From contig CAZPYM010000001.1 of NCBI GenBank assembly GCA_964590105.1, positions 76,768 through 140,767 of the forward strand: a DNA stretch of 64,000 nucleotides, read 5' to 3'. Every line of letters starts with the position of its first letter. Position 1 is the first letter of the stretch. The DNA comes from an uncultured Gammaproteobacteria bacterium. Lineage in GTDB: Bacteria > Patescibacteriota > Patescibacteriia > UBA11705 > JABHMO01. The notes below the pieces were generated by a model that made no database searches, was not told the DNA's origin, and worked only from the letters and a program-made list of their open reading frames with translations. The position numbers and the translations under genes were made by a program. Positions 9,782-19,119 of this stretch are shown piece by piece.

Positions 9782-9809
9782 TTGACGTATTTAATTACAC
9801 GAGTATAAT
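9782..9809 (+). promoter_or_regulatory. sigma70 promoter of giant ncRNA
   Basis: TTGACG-16 nt-TATAAT. Confidence 0.8.
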
Positions 9810-9816
9810 AGGCATT

Positions 9817-10951
9817 ACAGTCGCAAAAAGCTCATTACAAGTCAGAGGCAGAAAAAGACAAGGGACGTCATGGATTGAAGCGCAAGCAGAGAACCATGAT
9901 CTAGCTATGAAAAGCGCCTTGCACTTACCTGCACCATTGATCAAGTAGCCAAAGCCAGCGAGTAATCAAAGGCCAAAGCAAAAGATCAAGCCAGCTGTTC
10001 AAGCCAAAGCAGAAAGCTTAGTGAAGACAACAAACTCTTGATTTCGTAGAGATACGGAGCCAAAGGCAAGTTGAAAACACAAAGCCAAAAGCAAAAGCAA
10101 GAACACGACTTCAAAACCTATGACCTCACGGTCAGAAGTCCAGAAGTTCAAGGCAGTACTAGCACTGTGGTTGAAGAAAAAGACCGGAGCAATCCGGAAA
10201 CTATCCTCAACACTAATCCAGTCTTTGGAATTGTAGCAATACAAACCCAAAGAAAAGCCAGACCAAAATCCGGCTCAAAGCAAAAAGCAACGTCGCAAGA
10301 CAATGCAGAAAGCTAAGAGCTAGATAAAAGTTTGACCTGGAATCACGCAAGCGCAAGCAAGCAAGATTCCCAGTGATTAGAAGGCAATGGAAGCCGCGAT
10401 CGCAAGATCAAAGCAACCAAAGCCAAACACAGCGCGAAAAGTTCAAGCGCAAACCGGGGACCAGACCAAAGCGGTCTGCTTCGAAAGAAGACTTGTTACT
10501 TCGGTAATAAGTAGCCGGAATGCATCAGTCCCCTTAAAAGGATTGAAAGATGCCAAAGGGCAAACCTGACAAGGAAAAGGAAAGCTTGATGGAGAGAGTA
10601 TCTATCAAAAAGGAAATAAACCTTGGCAACAAGGCAGACATCCTTGGAGAAAGTAACTCAAACTATCTTTAGTTCACTTCGGTGGACAAGCTGCCAAATC
10701 AATTCAGAAGAACTTCTGGAGGAGGATGACACCTGGAGGAGCAATCCAAAAGGAATATTCCTTGATACCATTAGTTCAAAAGAAAAGAAGAGGTCACCCC
10801 CAGTACCTGTCATGGCGAGCAAAACGCGCGTCTACTTGAACCAAGCACTTGGTAAAATCTTTCATGTAAATGAGCCTGAGGCAAGCCAACCAGCAAGCCA
10901 CTAGCGACTCATAGGAGGCAATCGTCACAACGAGAGCCTCCTGTTTTTTTT
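9817..10951 (+). ncRNA. giant (~1.13 kb) highly structured non-coding RNA, class unassigned (GOLLD/ROOL-like architecture)
   Basis: No credible ORF; promoter and terminator; nested end-to-end helices 9819-24/10904-09, 9830-39/10865-75, 9859-67/10829-38, 9904-10/10810-16; 10 GNRA and 2 cUUCGg hairpins on + strand. Confidence 0.88.
10913..10951 (+). terminator. intrinsic terminator of giant ncRNA
   Basis: AGGAGGC-AA-TCGT-CACA-ACGA-GA-GCCTCCT-G-T8. Confidence 0.85.
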
Positions 10952-11114
10952 GTACAGATGTACCCCTGCCTGCCGGCGGGCAGGGATTAAGTACAGATTG
11001 AGGGAGTTTGTATGATAATCGGATGTGTCGCTTTCTTTGTTTATATATTTATTATTGTTATAATTTGAATACGATTTTGCCTTCGCATAAACTGAATCGT
11101 TTAATCAAAATCCA

Positions 11115-12122
11115 ATGACTAGCGCAAGAAAAAAAATTATTGTCGGAATAATTTATGGCGGAAAATCGCCTGAGCATGAAGTTTCCATTGTTTCAGCAAA
11201 GGGAGTGATTGAAAATATCAATCGTGAGAAATTTAGTGCAGTTAAAATTTTTATTGATAAGAAAGGACAATTTTGGCTGGATAATAAAAACAGAAAGCGG
11301 TTTGACCCTTTTGTCGACGCGAGCAAGATTGATGTTTTTTTCCCTGTCTTGCATGGATACGGAGGAGAGGACGGCGAAATTCAAGGATTATTGTGTTCTA
11401 TTAATAAACCTTTTGTCGGCGCGGATATTTTGGCTTCCGGGATTTGTTTGGACAAAGGAATTTTTAAGTTGATATTAAAAGCGGAAGGCTTGCCGCAAAC
11501 CCGGTTTGCTGTCTTGGATTTTACAAAGACGGCAAAAGCAAGTATGCGGATTGCAATCATTGAAATAAAGCTAAAATTTCGATTTCCGGTTTTTGTCAAG
11601 CCGTGCAATTTGGGTTCGTCAGTTGGAATTTTTAAAGTGAAGAATAAAAACAGGCTTGCCGGCTTTATTGATCAGGCAAAAAAATTCGATTCACGAATCG
11701 TCATAGAGGAGTCGGTTGAAAAGTGCAGAGAAATTGAAATTTCTGTGTTGGGAAATAATTACAAAAATACGAAAGTATCATTACCGGGTGAAATAGTTTC
11801 CGGCGCGGAATTTTACGATTACGACGACAAATATAATAATTGCAAAGCAAAAACTGTCGCGCCGGCGGAATTGGGAGCAAGGCAGATAAAGCAAATTCAG
11901 CAATTGGCCATGAGGGCATATAATTTGGTTTGTTGCGAAGGCCTGGCCAGAGTGGATTTTTTGATCAATCAGAAGGGGAAAATTTATATTAACGAAATTA
12001 ATACAATTCCCGGATTTACGCCAATTTCCATGTACCCAAAAATGTGGGAAGCATCGGGACTTGATTATAAACGGTTAATAACAACGTTAATCTTGCTGGC
12101 GTTGAAAAAGAACCTTAAATAA
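11115..12122 (+). CDS. ddl: D-alanine--D-alanine ligase
   Basis: GGKSPEHEVS, PVLHGYGGEDGEIQG, VKPCNLGSSVG, FYDYDDKY, NEINTIPGFT. Confidence 0.95.
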   Translation: MTSARKKIIVGIIYGGKSPEHEVSIVSAKGVIENINREKFSAVKIFIDKKGQFWLDNKNRKRFDPFVDASKIDVFFPVLHGYGGEDGEIQGLLCSINKPFVGADILASGICLDKGIFKLILKAEGLPQTRFAVLDFTKTAKASMRIAIIEIKLKFRFPVFVKPCNLGSSVGIFKVKNKNRLAGFIDQAKKFDSRIVIEESVEKCREIEISVLGNNYKNTKVSLPGEIVSGAEFYDYDDKYNNCKAKTVAPAELGARQIKQIQQLAMRAYNLVCCEGLARVDFLINQKGKIYINEINTIPGFTPISMYPKMWEASGLDYKRLITTLILLALKKNLK

Positions 12123-12255
12123 TTTACGTCGGATTTTGTGTTTCGTTGCTTTATTGTTCTTTTGTTTTCTTCCGCCATAGGCGGACTGGTGTTTTCTTGT
12201 TTTCTTGTTTTTGTGGTATAATAAATTTAGAAATAAAAATTCAAACAAATACAAT

Positions 12256-12642
12256 ATGGTTCGGGAAAATATTGCGGCCAAGTCTATTAAATTTATTTTA
12301 AGGGATTTGGTGCTGGACATTTTATTATGGCCGATCTGGTGGTATGGCGTGGGACTCAAAACCGCTTTTGGTAAGATGGGGGAGACGATTTCTCAGGGGA
12401 ATAGAGAATTGGCTCTCAGCGTTTGGGTAAAAAATTTATTTAAGCCAATGTTTGGCCAGTACGACTGGCAGGGCAGGATAATAAGTTTTTTCATGCGTGT
12501 TTTTCAAATTATTTTTCGTTTTTTGCTTTTTATGTTTTGGATAATATTTTCGGCAGTAGTTTTTTTGATCTGGTTTTTGCTGCCGATTTTTTTAATATCT
12601 CAAATCTTGTTAAATCTGGGATTGTTCGATAAATTAATATGA
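12256..12642 (+). CDS. hypothetical membrane protein, translationally coupled to Clp-like ATPase
   Basis: WPIWWYG, W.KNLFKPMFGQYDWQGRIISFFMR, hydrophobic C-terminus; ATGA overlap with next gene. Confidence 0.75.
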   Translation: MVRENIAAKSIKFILRDLVLDILLWPIWWYGVGLKTAFGKMGETISQGNRELALSVWVKNLFKPMFGQYDWQGRIISFFMRVFQIIFRFLLFMFWIIFSAVVFLIWFLLPIFLISQILLNLGLFDKLI

Positions 12643-15392
12643 GCGATAAAAATAATTATTTAGTTTGTACCGAATGCGGCGGAACCGGCCAGGTCGAAGG
12701 AAATGTTTGCAATGTTTGCCGCGGACTCGGCGTGGTGTTGTTTTTGAACGACAAAGTTTTGTATTGGGGCAAGCATTATGACGCGCTGAATATTGCTTAC
12801 GACAAGATAACAACAAAGTTTAAAATCATTTATAATCTGGCGTTGGGACTAATCGGGCTGTCAGGGCTTGCGGTAATGGTTTACTATGGCTATCAGGACA
12901 ATTTTGTTGCATTTTTTTCTTATAAATACTGGTTAACGCCGAGCAGTGAAAAATTATATTTTTGGCTGACGCTTTTGATTGATTTGTATTTATATTATCG
13001 ACTGGAGCAGGAAGTGTCTTTGAAATACAGAGTAATGACTAAGAAATTTCAGTCAGGAATTGGCTCGGTTGCAGGAATGATTGATTGGGAAAGTATCAGT
13101 AAAATGAAAAAAGGAGAAATGGTTGACATCTCCGATACTTTTACCGGGGAAGCGAAAAAAGCAGTGCAAGCGAGCTTTGAGCTGGCCTGCCACTTTGAAC
13201 ACGGGGAGGTTTTGAGGGTTCATTTTTTTGGTATTTTATTTCAATTTGATAAATCAGCTATTATTCTAGCGCGGCTCGGTATAAACTTTGAACAGCTAAA
13301 ACAAAAGATCAGCAGATTTTTGTCCAGAAGCATTGTCAGCCGGCCGGGGATCCCCGGGCTGTCAGCTGAGTTATTAAAGTTGCTTTTGGCGGCTTATGCG
13401 GAAGCATATTCATCCAATAAAGACAAAGTTGATTTGCCGGAAATGGCGCTGTCTTTGGCCAATCCCGAGATCGTTGAAAAAGATAAACTTGATGAAGTTG
13501 AAGAAATATTAGTTGATTTTGATTTAAATTATCAAAAAGTAATAAATGTTGTTGCCTGGATCAGGATTCAAGAACAAATGCGCAGCAACTGGCAGAGATT
13601 TCGCGGGCGGGCTAGATATAAGCCAAAGTCAGGCATGGATAGAGCCATGACAGCGATCGCCACGCCTCTGCTTGACAAGTTTAGCGAAGACCTGACCGTT
13701 CTGGCCAAGTACGGGCAATATTTTCCTTGCATCGGCCGCGCTGACGAATTTGAAAAGATTTTCAGAGTCATTGAAGGCTCAAGACAAGGAGTGCTTTTGA
13801 TAGGAAATCAGGGAGTCGGTCGCACAACGATTTTGCAGGGGCTGGCTGGGCGCATGGCTTCAGAAGATGTGCCGGAATTATTGCAAGACAAAAGATTGGT
13901 CAGCCTGAACGTAGCCAGCTTACTGGCCGGCGTTGACGCGAGCGGCGCAGAGCAGAGATTACTTTATATTATTGATGAAGTGATTCGTTCCGGCAATATT
14001 ATTTTAGCGGTGGAAAATATCCACAATTTGCATGGCATCACAGCCGGCGGTGAGAACAGTCTAGATTTATCCGAGGTCTTTGCCCAGTTGCTGTCCAAAC
14101 ATTTATTTTATTGTCTGGCCACGACCACGCCTGACGGTTATGTAAATACGATTGAAAACAAAACATTGGATGCGGCTTTTCAGATTGTTAAAATTGATGA
14201 ATTGGAATTAAACGACGCAATTCAAGTATTGGAAGCAAAAAGCGGGCCGATTGAATATCAAAATAATATTTATTTTTCATATTCGGCAATAGAAAAAGCA
14301 GTAGTTTTGTCTTCCAGGTACATTCATGACAAATATTTGCCTGAAAAAGCAATCGGTATATTGGAACAGAGCGCCATTAAAGTAAAACAAGAAAGGGGTG
14401 TGGATAAAGTCGTGTTGGGTGAAGACGTGGCTGAAGTTATTTCCAGTATGACCAAGATTCCTCTGACTCAAGTGACGCAAAAAGAAAGCGAAAAACTTTT
14501 GAATATGGAAGACAGAATTCACGAGCGCATGGTTGATCAGGAAGAAGCGGTAAGTCTGGTGGCTGCCAGTCTGCGCCGGGCGCGGGCTGAATTGCGCGAA
14601 GGCAAGAGGCCGATCGCCAGCTTGCTGTTTCTCGGGCCGACCGGTGTTGGAAAAACCGAGCTGGCCAAAACAGTTGCAGAAGTTTATTTTAGCAATGAAA
14701 ATTCCATGATCCGCATCGACATGTCAGAATATCAGGAACAGTCGAGCATCGGCCGTTTAATCGGCCATGGTTCTAGCGCCGGCATTTTGACCGAGCAGGT
14801 GCGCAAAGCGCCATTTAGCTTGGTTCTCTTTGATGAGATAGAAAAAGCGCATCCCGATATTCTAAATTTATTTTTGCAGGTGCTGGACGATGGCCGGCTG
14901 ACTGACGCGCGCGGACGAACAATTGATTTCACCAGTACGATTATTATTATGACTTCCAATGCCGGCGCGCAATATATTCAGGATCAGATTAGAAAAGGCG
15001 AAGCCATTGAAAAAATAAAAGATTATTTGATAAATGAAGAATTAAAACAACATTTTCGGCCGGAATTTCTAAATCGTTTCGACGGCGTGGTTGTTTTCAA
15101 GCCTCTGTCAATGGTCGACGTGATCAAGATTGCTCGACTGATGATAAATAAAATTACTGCGCGATTAAAAGAAAAAGGAATTGAATTCAGCGTTACGGAC
15201 AGCGCAATCGCCGAGTTGGCTGAACTGGGTTTTGATCCAAAATTCGGCGCTCGGCCATTGCGCCGCACTATCCAGGAGCGGGTTGACGACGCACTGGCCA
15301 ATAAGATTTTAAAAGGCGAACTTGGCAGGCGGGATCGTGTAGTTATGGACGTCGGTGGAGAGTTACAAATTGAAAAAGCCGAGAAATTATAG
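12639..15392 (+). CDS. membrane-anchored ClpA/B/C-family AAA+ ATPase with N-terminal CxxCxGxG zinc finger; NBD1 degenerate
   Basis: CTECGGTG/CNVCRGLG, two TM helices, Clp-N-like region, NBD1 GNQGVGRT/ILAVENIH, NBD2 GPTGVGKT/LFDEIEKAH/FRPEFLNR/GARPLRR. Confidence 0.9.
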   Translation: MSDKNNYLVCTECGGTGQVEGNVCNVCRGLGVVLFLNDKVLYWGKHYDALNIAYDKITTKFKIIYNLALGLIGLSGLAVMVYYGYQDNFVAFFSYKYWLTPSSEKLYFWLTLLIDLYLYYRLEQEVSLKYRVMTKKFQSGIGSVAGMIDWESISKMKKGEMVDISDTFTGEAKKAVQASFELACHFEHGEVLRVHFFGILFQFDKSAIILARLGINFEQLKQKISRFLSRSIVSRPGIPGLSAELLKLLLAAYAEAYSSNKDKVDLPEMALSLANPEIVEKDKLDEVEEILVDFDLNYQKVINVVAWIRIQEQMRSNWQRFRGRARYKPKSGMDRAMTAIATPLLDKFSEDLTVLAKYGQYFPCIGRADEFEKIFRVIEGSRQGVLLIGNQGVGRTTILQGLAGRMASEDVPELLQDKRLVSLNVASLLAGVDASGAEQRLLYIIDEVIRSGNIILAVENIHNLHGITAGGENSLDLSEVFAQLLSKHLFYCLATTTPDGYVNTIENKTLDAAFQIVKIDELELNDAIQVLEAKSGPIEYQNNIYFSYSAIEKAVVLSSRYIHDKYLPEKAIGILEQSAIKVKQERGVDKVVLGEDVAEVISSMTKIPLTQVTQKESEKLLNMEDRIHERMVDQEEAVSLVAASLRRARAELREGKRPIASLLFLGPTGVGKTELAKTVAEVYFSNENSMIRIDMSEYQEQSSIGRLIGHGSSAGILTEQVRKAPFSLVLFDEIEKAHPDILNLFLQVLDDGRLTDARGRTIDFTSTIIIMTSNAGAQYIQDQIRKGEAIEKIKDYLINEELKQHFRPEFLNRFDGVVVFKPLSMVDVIKIARLMINKITARLKEKGIEFSVTDSAIAELAELGFDPKFGARPLRRTIQERVDDALANKILKGELGRRDRVVMDVGGELQIEKAEKL

Positions 15393-15508
15393 AAAATCCT
15401 CTAAAAAATTTTTGTTAATGAAAAAAACAGGCGCCAGTCAAGCGGCCTGTTTTATTGATAAAAATATGAATATCAGCTAGAATAATATCAATTGATATAA
15501 AGGCTTTT

Positions 15509-16627
15509 ATGAACAGCTATGACTACATTTTTGCTTTGATTGCTTCATTTGCGCTTTGCCTAGTGGTGACGCCTTTTGTTATATTATTCGCGAAAAGAGC
15601 AAAAATAATTGATAAGCCGGATTCAGACCGCAAAATTCACCGGAAGCCGACGCCATTGCTTGGCGGGCTGGCGGTGTTTTTGAGTTTTAATTTGATTGTG
15701 CTTTTTTATTCTTTGATAACACGTGATTTGATCGGCGACACGATTATTTTCAAAAATCTTCTTGGCGTTTTTCTCGGCAGTTTTTTTCTGGCGCTCGGCG
15801 GATTTTTGGACGATAAATACAATCTGCGGCCAAAGTGGCAGCTGATCTGGCCGATACTAGCGGCGCTCAGCGTAATTGTCTGCGGTATTGGCATTGATTG
15901 GATAACAAATCCTTTTGGTGACGGAGTCCTGGAGTTAAATAAATATACGATTAAACTTTTTTGGTACCATGGAATAGCTTATAAATTTACTTTGCTGGCT
16001 GATATTTTTACTTTTGTCTGGCTACTTGCCATGATGTACACGACGAAACTTTTGGACGGGCTTGACGGCTTGGTTTCCGGCATTACAATTATTGGTTCAA
16101 TTTTTATATTTTTTACTGCTTTGAACAAAGGTGACATTATTCAGTACGATGTTGCTCTTCTGGCAATAATCCTGATCGGAGTTTTTGTGGGCTTTTTGGT
16201 TTTTAATTTTAATCCGGCCTCGATTTTTCTTGGCGAAGGCGGCAGTACCATGGCCGGATTTTTGCTCGGCTGTATTTCAATAATCAGCGGTAGTAAAGTC
16301 GGCATTACTTTGCTTTTGCTGTCGATTCCTTTTCTTGATTTTGTCTGGACCGTAGTCCGTCGTTTTGTTGAAAAAAGAAATTTATTCAGCGCTGACAGAA
16401 AACATTTGCACCATCGTCTGCTCGATGCCGGATTTACGGTCAAGCGTGCGGTTTTATTTTTGTATTCAATCGCAGTGGCCTTTGGCTTGGTGGCATATTA
16501 TTTCCAGGACAAGGGCATTAGTTTCATGACCGCAATGGCGGCGGTAGTGGTGGTTTTTATGCTGATTTTAGCTTATGTATATACAAAAAAGAGGCGAAAA
16601 GCCAGACTCTTGACGGAAAACAATTAA
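15509..16627 (+). CDS. undecaprenyl-phosphate GlcNAc-1-P transferase (WecA/TagO, MraY-like)
   Basis: RKIH..PTPLLGG, GFLDD, DGLDGL, FNFNPASIFLG, DRKHLHHRLL. Confidence 0.9.
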   Translation: MNSYDYIFALIASFALCLVVTPFVILFAKRAKIIDKPDSDRKIHRKPTPLLGGLAVFLSFNLIVLFYSLITRDLIGDTIIFKNLLGVFLGSFFLALGGFLDDKYNLRPKWQLIWPILAALSVIVCGIGIDWITNPFGDGVLELNKYTIKLFWYHGIAYKFTLLADIFTFVWLLAMMYTTKLLDGLDGLVSGITIIGSIFIFFTALNKGDIIQYDVALLAIILIGVFVGFLVFNFNPASIFLGEGGSTMAGFLLGCISIISGSKVGITLLLLSIPFLDFVWTVVRRFVEKRNLFSADRKHLHHRLLDAGFTVKRAVLFLYSIAVAFGLVAYYFQDKGISFMTAMAAVVVVFMLILAYVYTKKRRKARLLTENN

Positions 16628-16674
16628 TCGTGTATTATGTAAGCATTAAAACAATAAAATAACAGAATATCAAT

Positions 16675-16989
16675 ATGAATTTAGCTGTAATAAAGACCGG
16701 TGGCAAGCAATACAAGGTTGCCGGCGGACAGGAATTAAATATAGAAAAACTGGAAGGCAATGTAGGCGACAAAATTAAGTTCGACCAGGTTTTGTTAATG
16801 ACGGATGAAGAAGGCGAAAAATTTGAAATCGGCCAGCCAATTTTGAAGGAGATAAATATTGAAGCTGAAATTGTTGAGCAAGGAAGAGCGAAAAAGGTTA
16901 GCGTCATCAAATACAAAAGAAAAGTGCGCTATCGCCGTAATGTTGGCCATAGACAGCCATTCACCAAAGTAAAGTTTGGGAAAATATAA
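16675..16989 (+). CDS. rplU: 50S ribosomal protein L21
   Basis: AVIKTGGKQYKV, GHRQPFT. Confidence 0.97.
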   Translation: MNLAVIKTGGKQYKVAGGQELNIEKLEGNVGDKIKFDQVLLMTDEEGEKFEIGQPILKEINIEAEIVEQGRAKKVSVIKYKRKVRYRRNVGHRQPFTKVKFGKI

Positions 16990-17096
16990 AATTTAGAGGT
17001 CAATATATAAAAAGCCCCTGCCTTGGCGGGGCGCTTTTTTGTTAAGTAATAAAAATAATAAACGCTTCAACGGTGAGGTTGAAGCGTTTTGTTGCG

Positions 17097-17915
17097 CTAG
17101 AGTTTTTTCGCACCAAGGATTTTTTGCAACAGGAATTTCTTGTGTTCAGTCAGCGTTTCAGCCGTGGCGCGGACAGTGCTGGCGAGAAGCGCTCTCATTT
17201 CTTGTTCATCTTCCGGTAGGGCAATGGGAGTATCGCAGTCAAGTTCTTCGTCTGAAGCAGTTTCCGGATAGAGCTTTCTAATAGAACCTGTTACGTTCGA
17301 AAGCAGGCTTGACAGCGCCATGTTAGTGCGTTTGATGAAAAGCTGGAGCAGCGCGCCCATTAAGGCTGTTTCTGATATTTTCGAATCCGGCTCGCGGACA
17401 ACGCCGATGATGGCGTAGACATTCAAGGCTGGAGTTCCGGCATGGTGGAAAAAGTGGCAGGTCGTTTCGTTTATTTGGCAGACAGGCACAGCTTTGTCGT
17501 CAAGGAAAACAAGAGTGCATTGGCGCCGCAAATTGAGTTCGGGAATAAGCTGATTGATCAGCATTATCATTAGTTCGTGCTGGATGTCCTCAAGCGTTTC
17601 CTGGCCGGTATTCCTGCCAAAAGAAAAGTCATGTACTCCGGTTCCGGAACCAAGGTCAGGGGTCCCACGGTAAGAAAAGCCGCGACCGACAATACCTGGT
17701 TGCCAGATAACAGCGCAGTGGCTTTGACGGAACTTACAGATTACTGACCCCGAGATAAACATTTGTTTGGCGTTTTCCGGTGATTGGAAAATCAGACCTT
17801 CGTGCAAGACCTGGGCGCACAGCTGTCCTTGGAGCAGCTTTTCTTCATTAAAATAAAGCACTAGTACGTGCTGTCCAGAACTTTGGGCTAACTCACATTC
17901 TTCTTCGCTAATCAT
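17097..17915 (-). CDS. orphan hypothetical protein
   Basis: ATG at 17915 preceded by GGGGAGGAGG; 272 aa; no recognisable motif. Confidence 0.65.
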   Translation of the reverse strand: MISEEECELAQSSGQHVLVLYFNEEKLLQGQLCAQVLHEGLIFQSPENAKQMFISGSVICKFRQSHCAVIWQPGIVGRGFSYRGTPDLGSGTGVHDFSFGRNTGQETLEDIQHELMIMLINQLIPELNLRRQCTLVFLDDKAVPVCQINETTCHFFHHAGTPALNVYAIIGVVREPDSKISETALMGALLQLFIKRTNMALSSLLSNVTGSIRKLYPETASDEELDCDTPIALPEDEQEMRALLASTVRATAETLTEHKKFLLQKILGAKKL

Positions 17916-18060
17916 GCTTCCTCCTCCCCATTCGTCCGAGCAGGCTTGCCTGTTCACGAATCAAGGGCACAAGGGTTTGAGCAATAATCCAGACCTTCTG
18001 GATTATCAAAGAGCCAAGACATTTAACTTATTGAATTTTATAAAATTTGTCAAGTGTATC

Positions 18061-18663
18061 TTATTTTATTTCTTGCCTCCCCTTGAGCGCATTGGCCAGC
18101 GTAACTTCATCGGCATATTCAATATCCGCGCCCATAGGCAGGCCGCGCGCCAGAAGGCTAATTTTGACGTTTAGCGGGCGGAGAATATTTTTTAGGTGAA
18201 TAATAGTGCCTTCGCCCAGAATGTCCGGATTTAGGGCTAGAATGATTTCCTGAATTTGTTGATTTTTTATTCTTTCGGTCAATTGAGAAATATTGAGCTT
18301 ATCCGGTGTGATTCCTTCCGGCGGATCGATTTTTCCGCCGAGAACATGATAGAGGCCTTTGTATTCGCCGGTGGCTTCGATTACGTTCAGGTCGTGAAAT
18401 TCTTCTACAACGCAGATGATGGAATGGTCTCTGTTTGGCGCTGAACAGACGGCGCAGTTGTTTTCAGTTTCAGAAAAATTAAAACATTGCGGGCAAGTGA
18501 AATTGTGATTGTGCAGTTCAGACAAATCGTGGGAAAACTTCAAAATAATTTCTTTTGGCTGTTTTAGCAAAGAAAAAACAAAACGCTCGGCGGTTTTTCG
18601 TCCGACGCCGGGCAGGGTTGAAAAAGAGTCAATCAGATTGCTAATTTTTTCCGGGTAGCGCAT
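18061..18663 (-). CDS. recR: recombination mediator RecR
   Basis: LPGVGRKTAER, CPQC..CAVC, YHVLGG, Toprim domain, GLPMGADIEYAD. Confidence 0.96.
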   Translation of the reverse strand: MRYPEKISNLIDSFSTLPGVGRKTAERFVFSLLKQPKEIILKFSHDLSELHNHNFTCPQCFNFSETENNCAVCSAPNRDHSIICVVEEFHDLNVIEATGEYKGLYHVLGGKIDPPEGITPDKLNISQLTERIKNQQIQEIILALNPDILGEGTIIHLKNILRPLNVKISLLARGLPMGADIEYADEVTLANALKGRQEIK

Positions 18664-18713
18664 GGGAAAATAGGATAAAGAGGATTGAAGATGATAAAAG
18701 CGGTAATATTAAT

Positions 18714-18980
18714 TTAGAAAAGACCGCCGAGCTCAGACTGCATGCTCATGGCTGATTCTCTTTGCGCTCGGCTGACAGCGGCGTTCACAGCTTGCCGGAT
18801 TGAAAATTCGAGTTTGGTTTTGTTTTCCATTAGATCGTCTTGAATTATTTCAAGATTTAAAATATCGAGTTTGCCGTTGATTGTTATTTTAATCCCATTG
18901 CTTTCTTCAGTAATAATAATGCCCTGCATTTTGCTTTGCAGTTCTTTTGCTTGTTTTAATAATTTTAATTTATCGAACAT
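18714..18980 (-). CDS. ebfC: YbaB/EbfC nucleoid-associated protein
   Basis: LKQAKELQ..., AVNAA; canonical position upstream of recR. Confidence 0.85.
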   Translation of the reverse strand: MFDKLKLLKQAKELQSKMQGIIITEESNGIKITINGKLDILNLEIIQDDLMENKTKLEFSIRQAVNAAVSRAQRESAMSMQSELGGLF

Positions 18981-19119
18981 AGGGAGTGGGTAGTAAGTAG
19001 AGACGCAAAAATTTGCGGCTGCATTATAAGTTAAAAGTTAAAAAGTAAAAGTTAAAAGTTAGAAATTGGAATCCAAGAAAGTCAGGTAGTGGAAAATAAA
19101 AAAATGAAATTGTGGAAAA

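Noticed and set aside
9999-10904. Short ORFs 9999-10250(-), 10071-10316, 10387-10569, 10623-10904
   Set aside because: K/Q/S-biased translations, mostly non-ATG starts, no motifs; the sequence is far better explained by dense RNA base pairing.
9817-10951. Giant RNA as RNase P, tmRNA, rRNA fragment, group I/II intron or CRISPR array
   Set aside because: No GAGGAAAGUCC P4 motif, no tRNA-like ends, no rRNA universal motifs or recognisable intron domain V/core by eye, no interrupted host gene, and no regularly spaced identical repeats.
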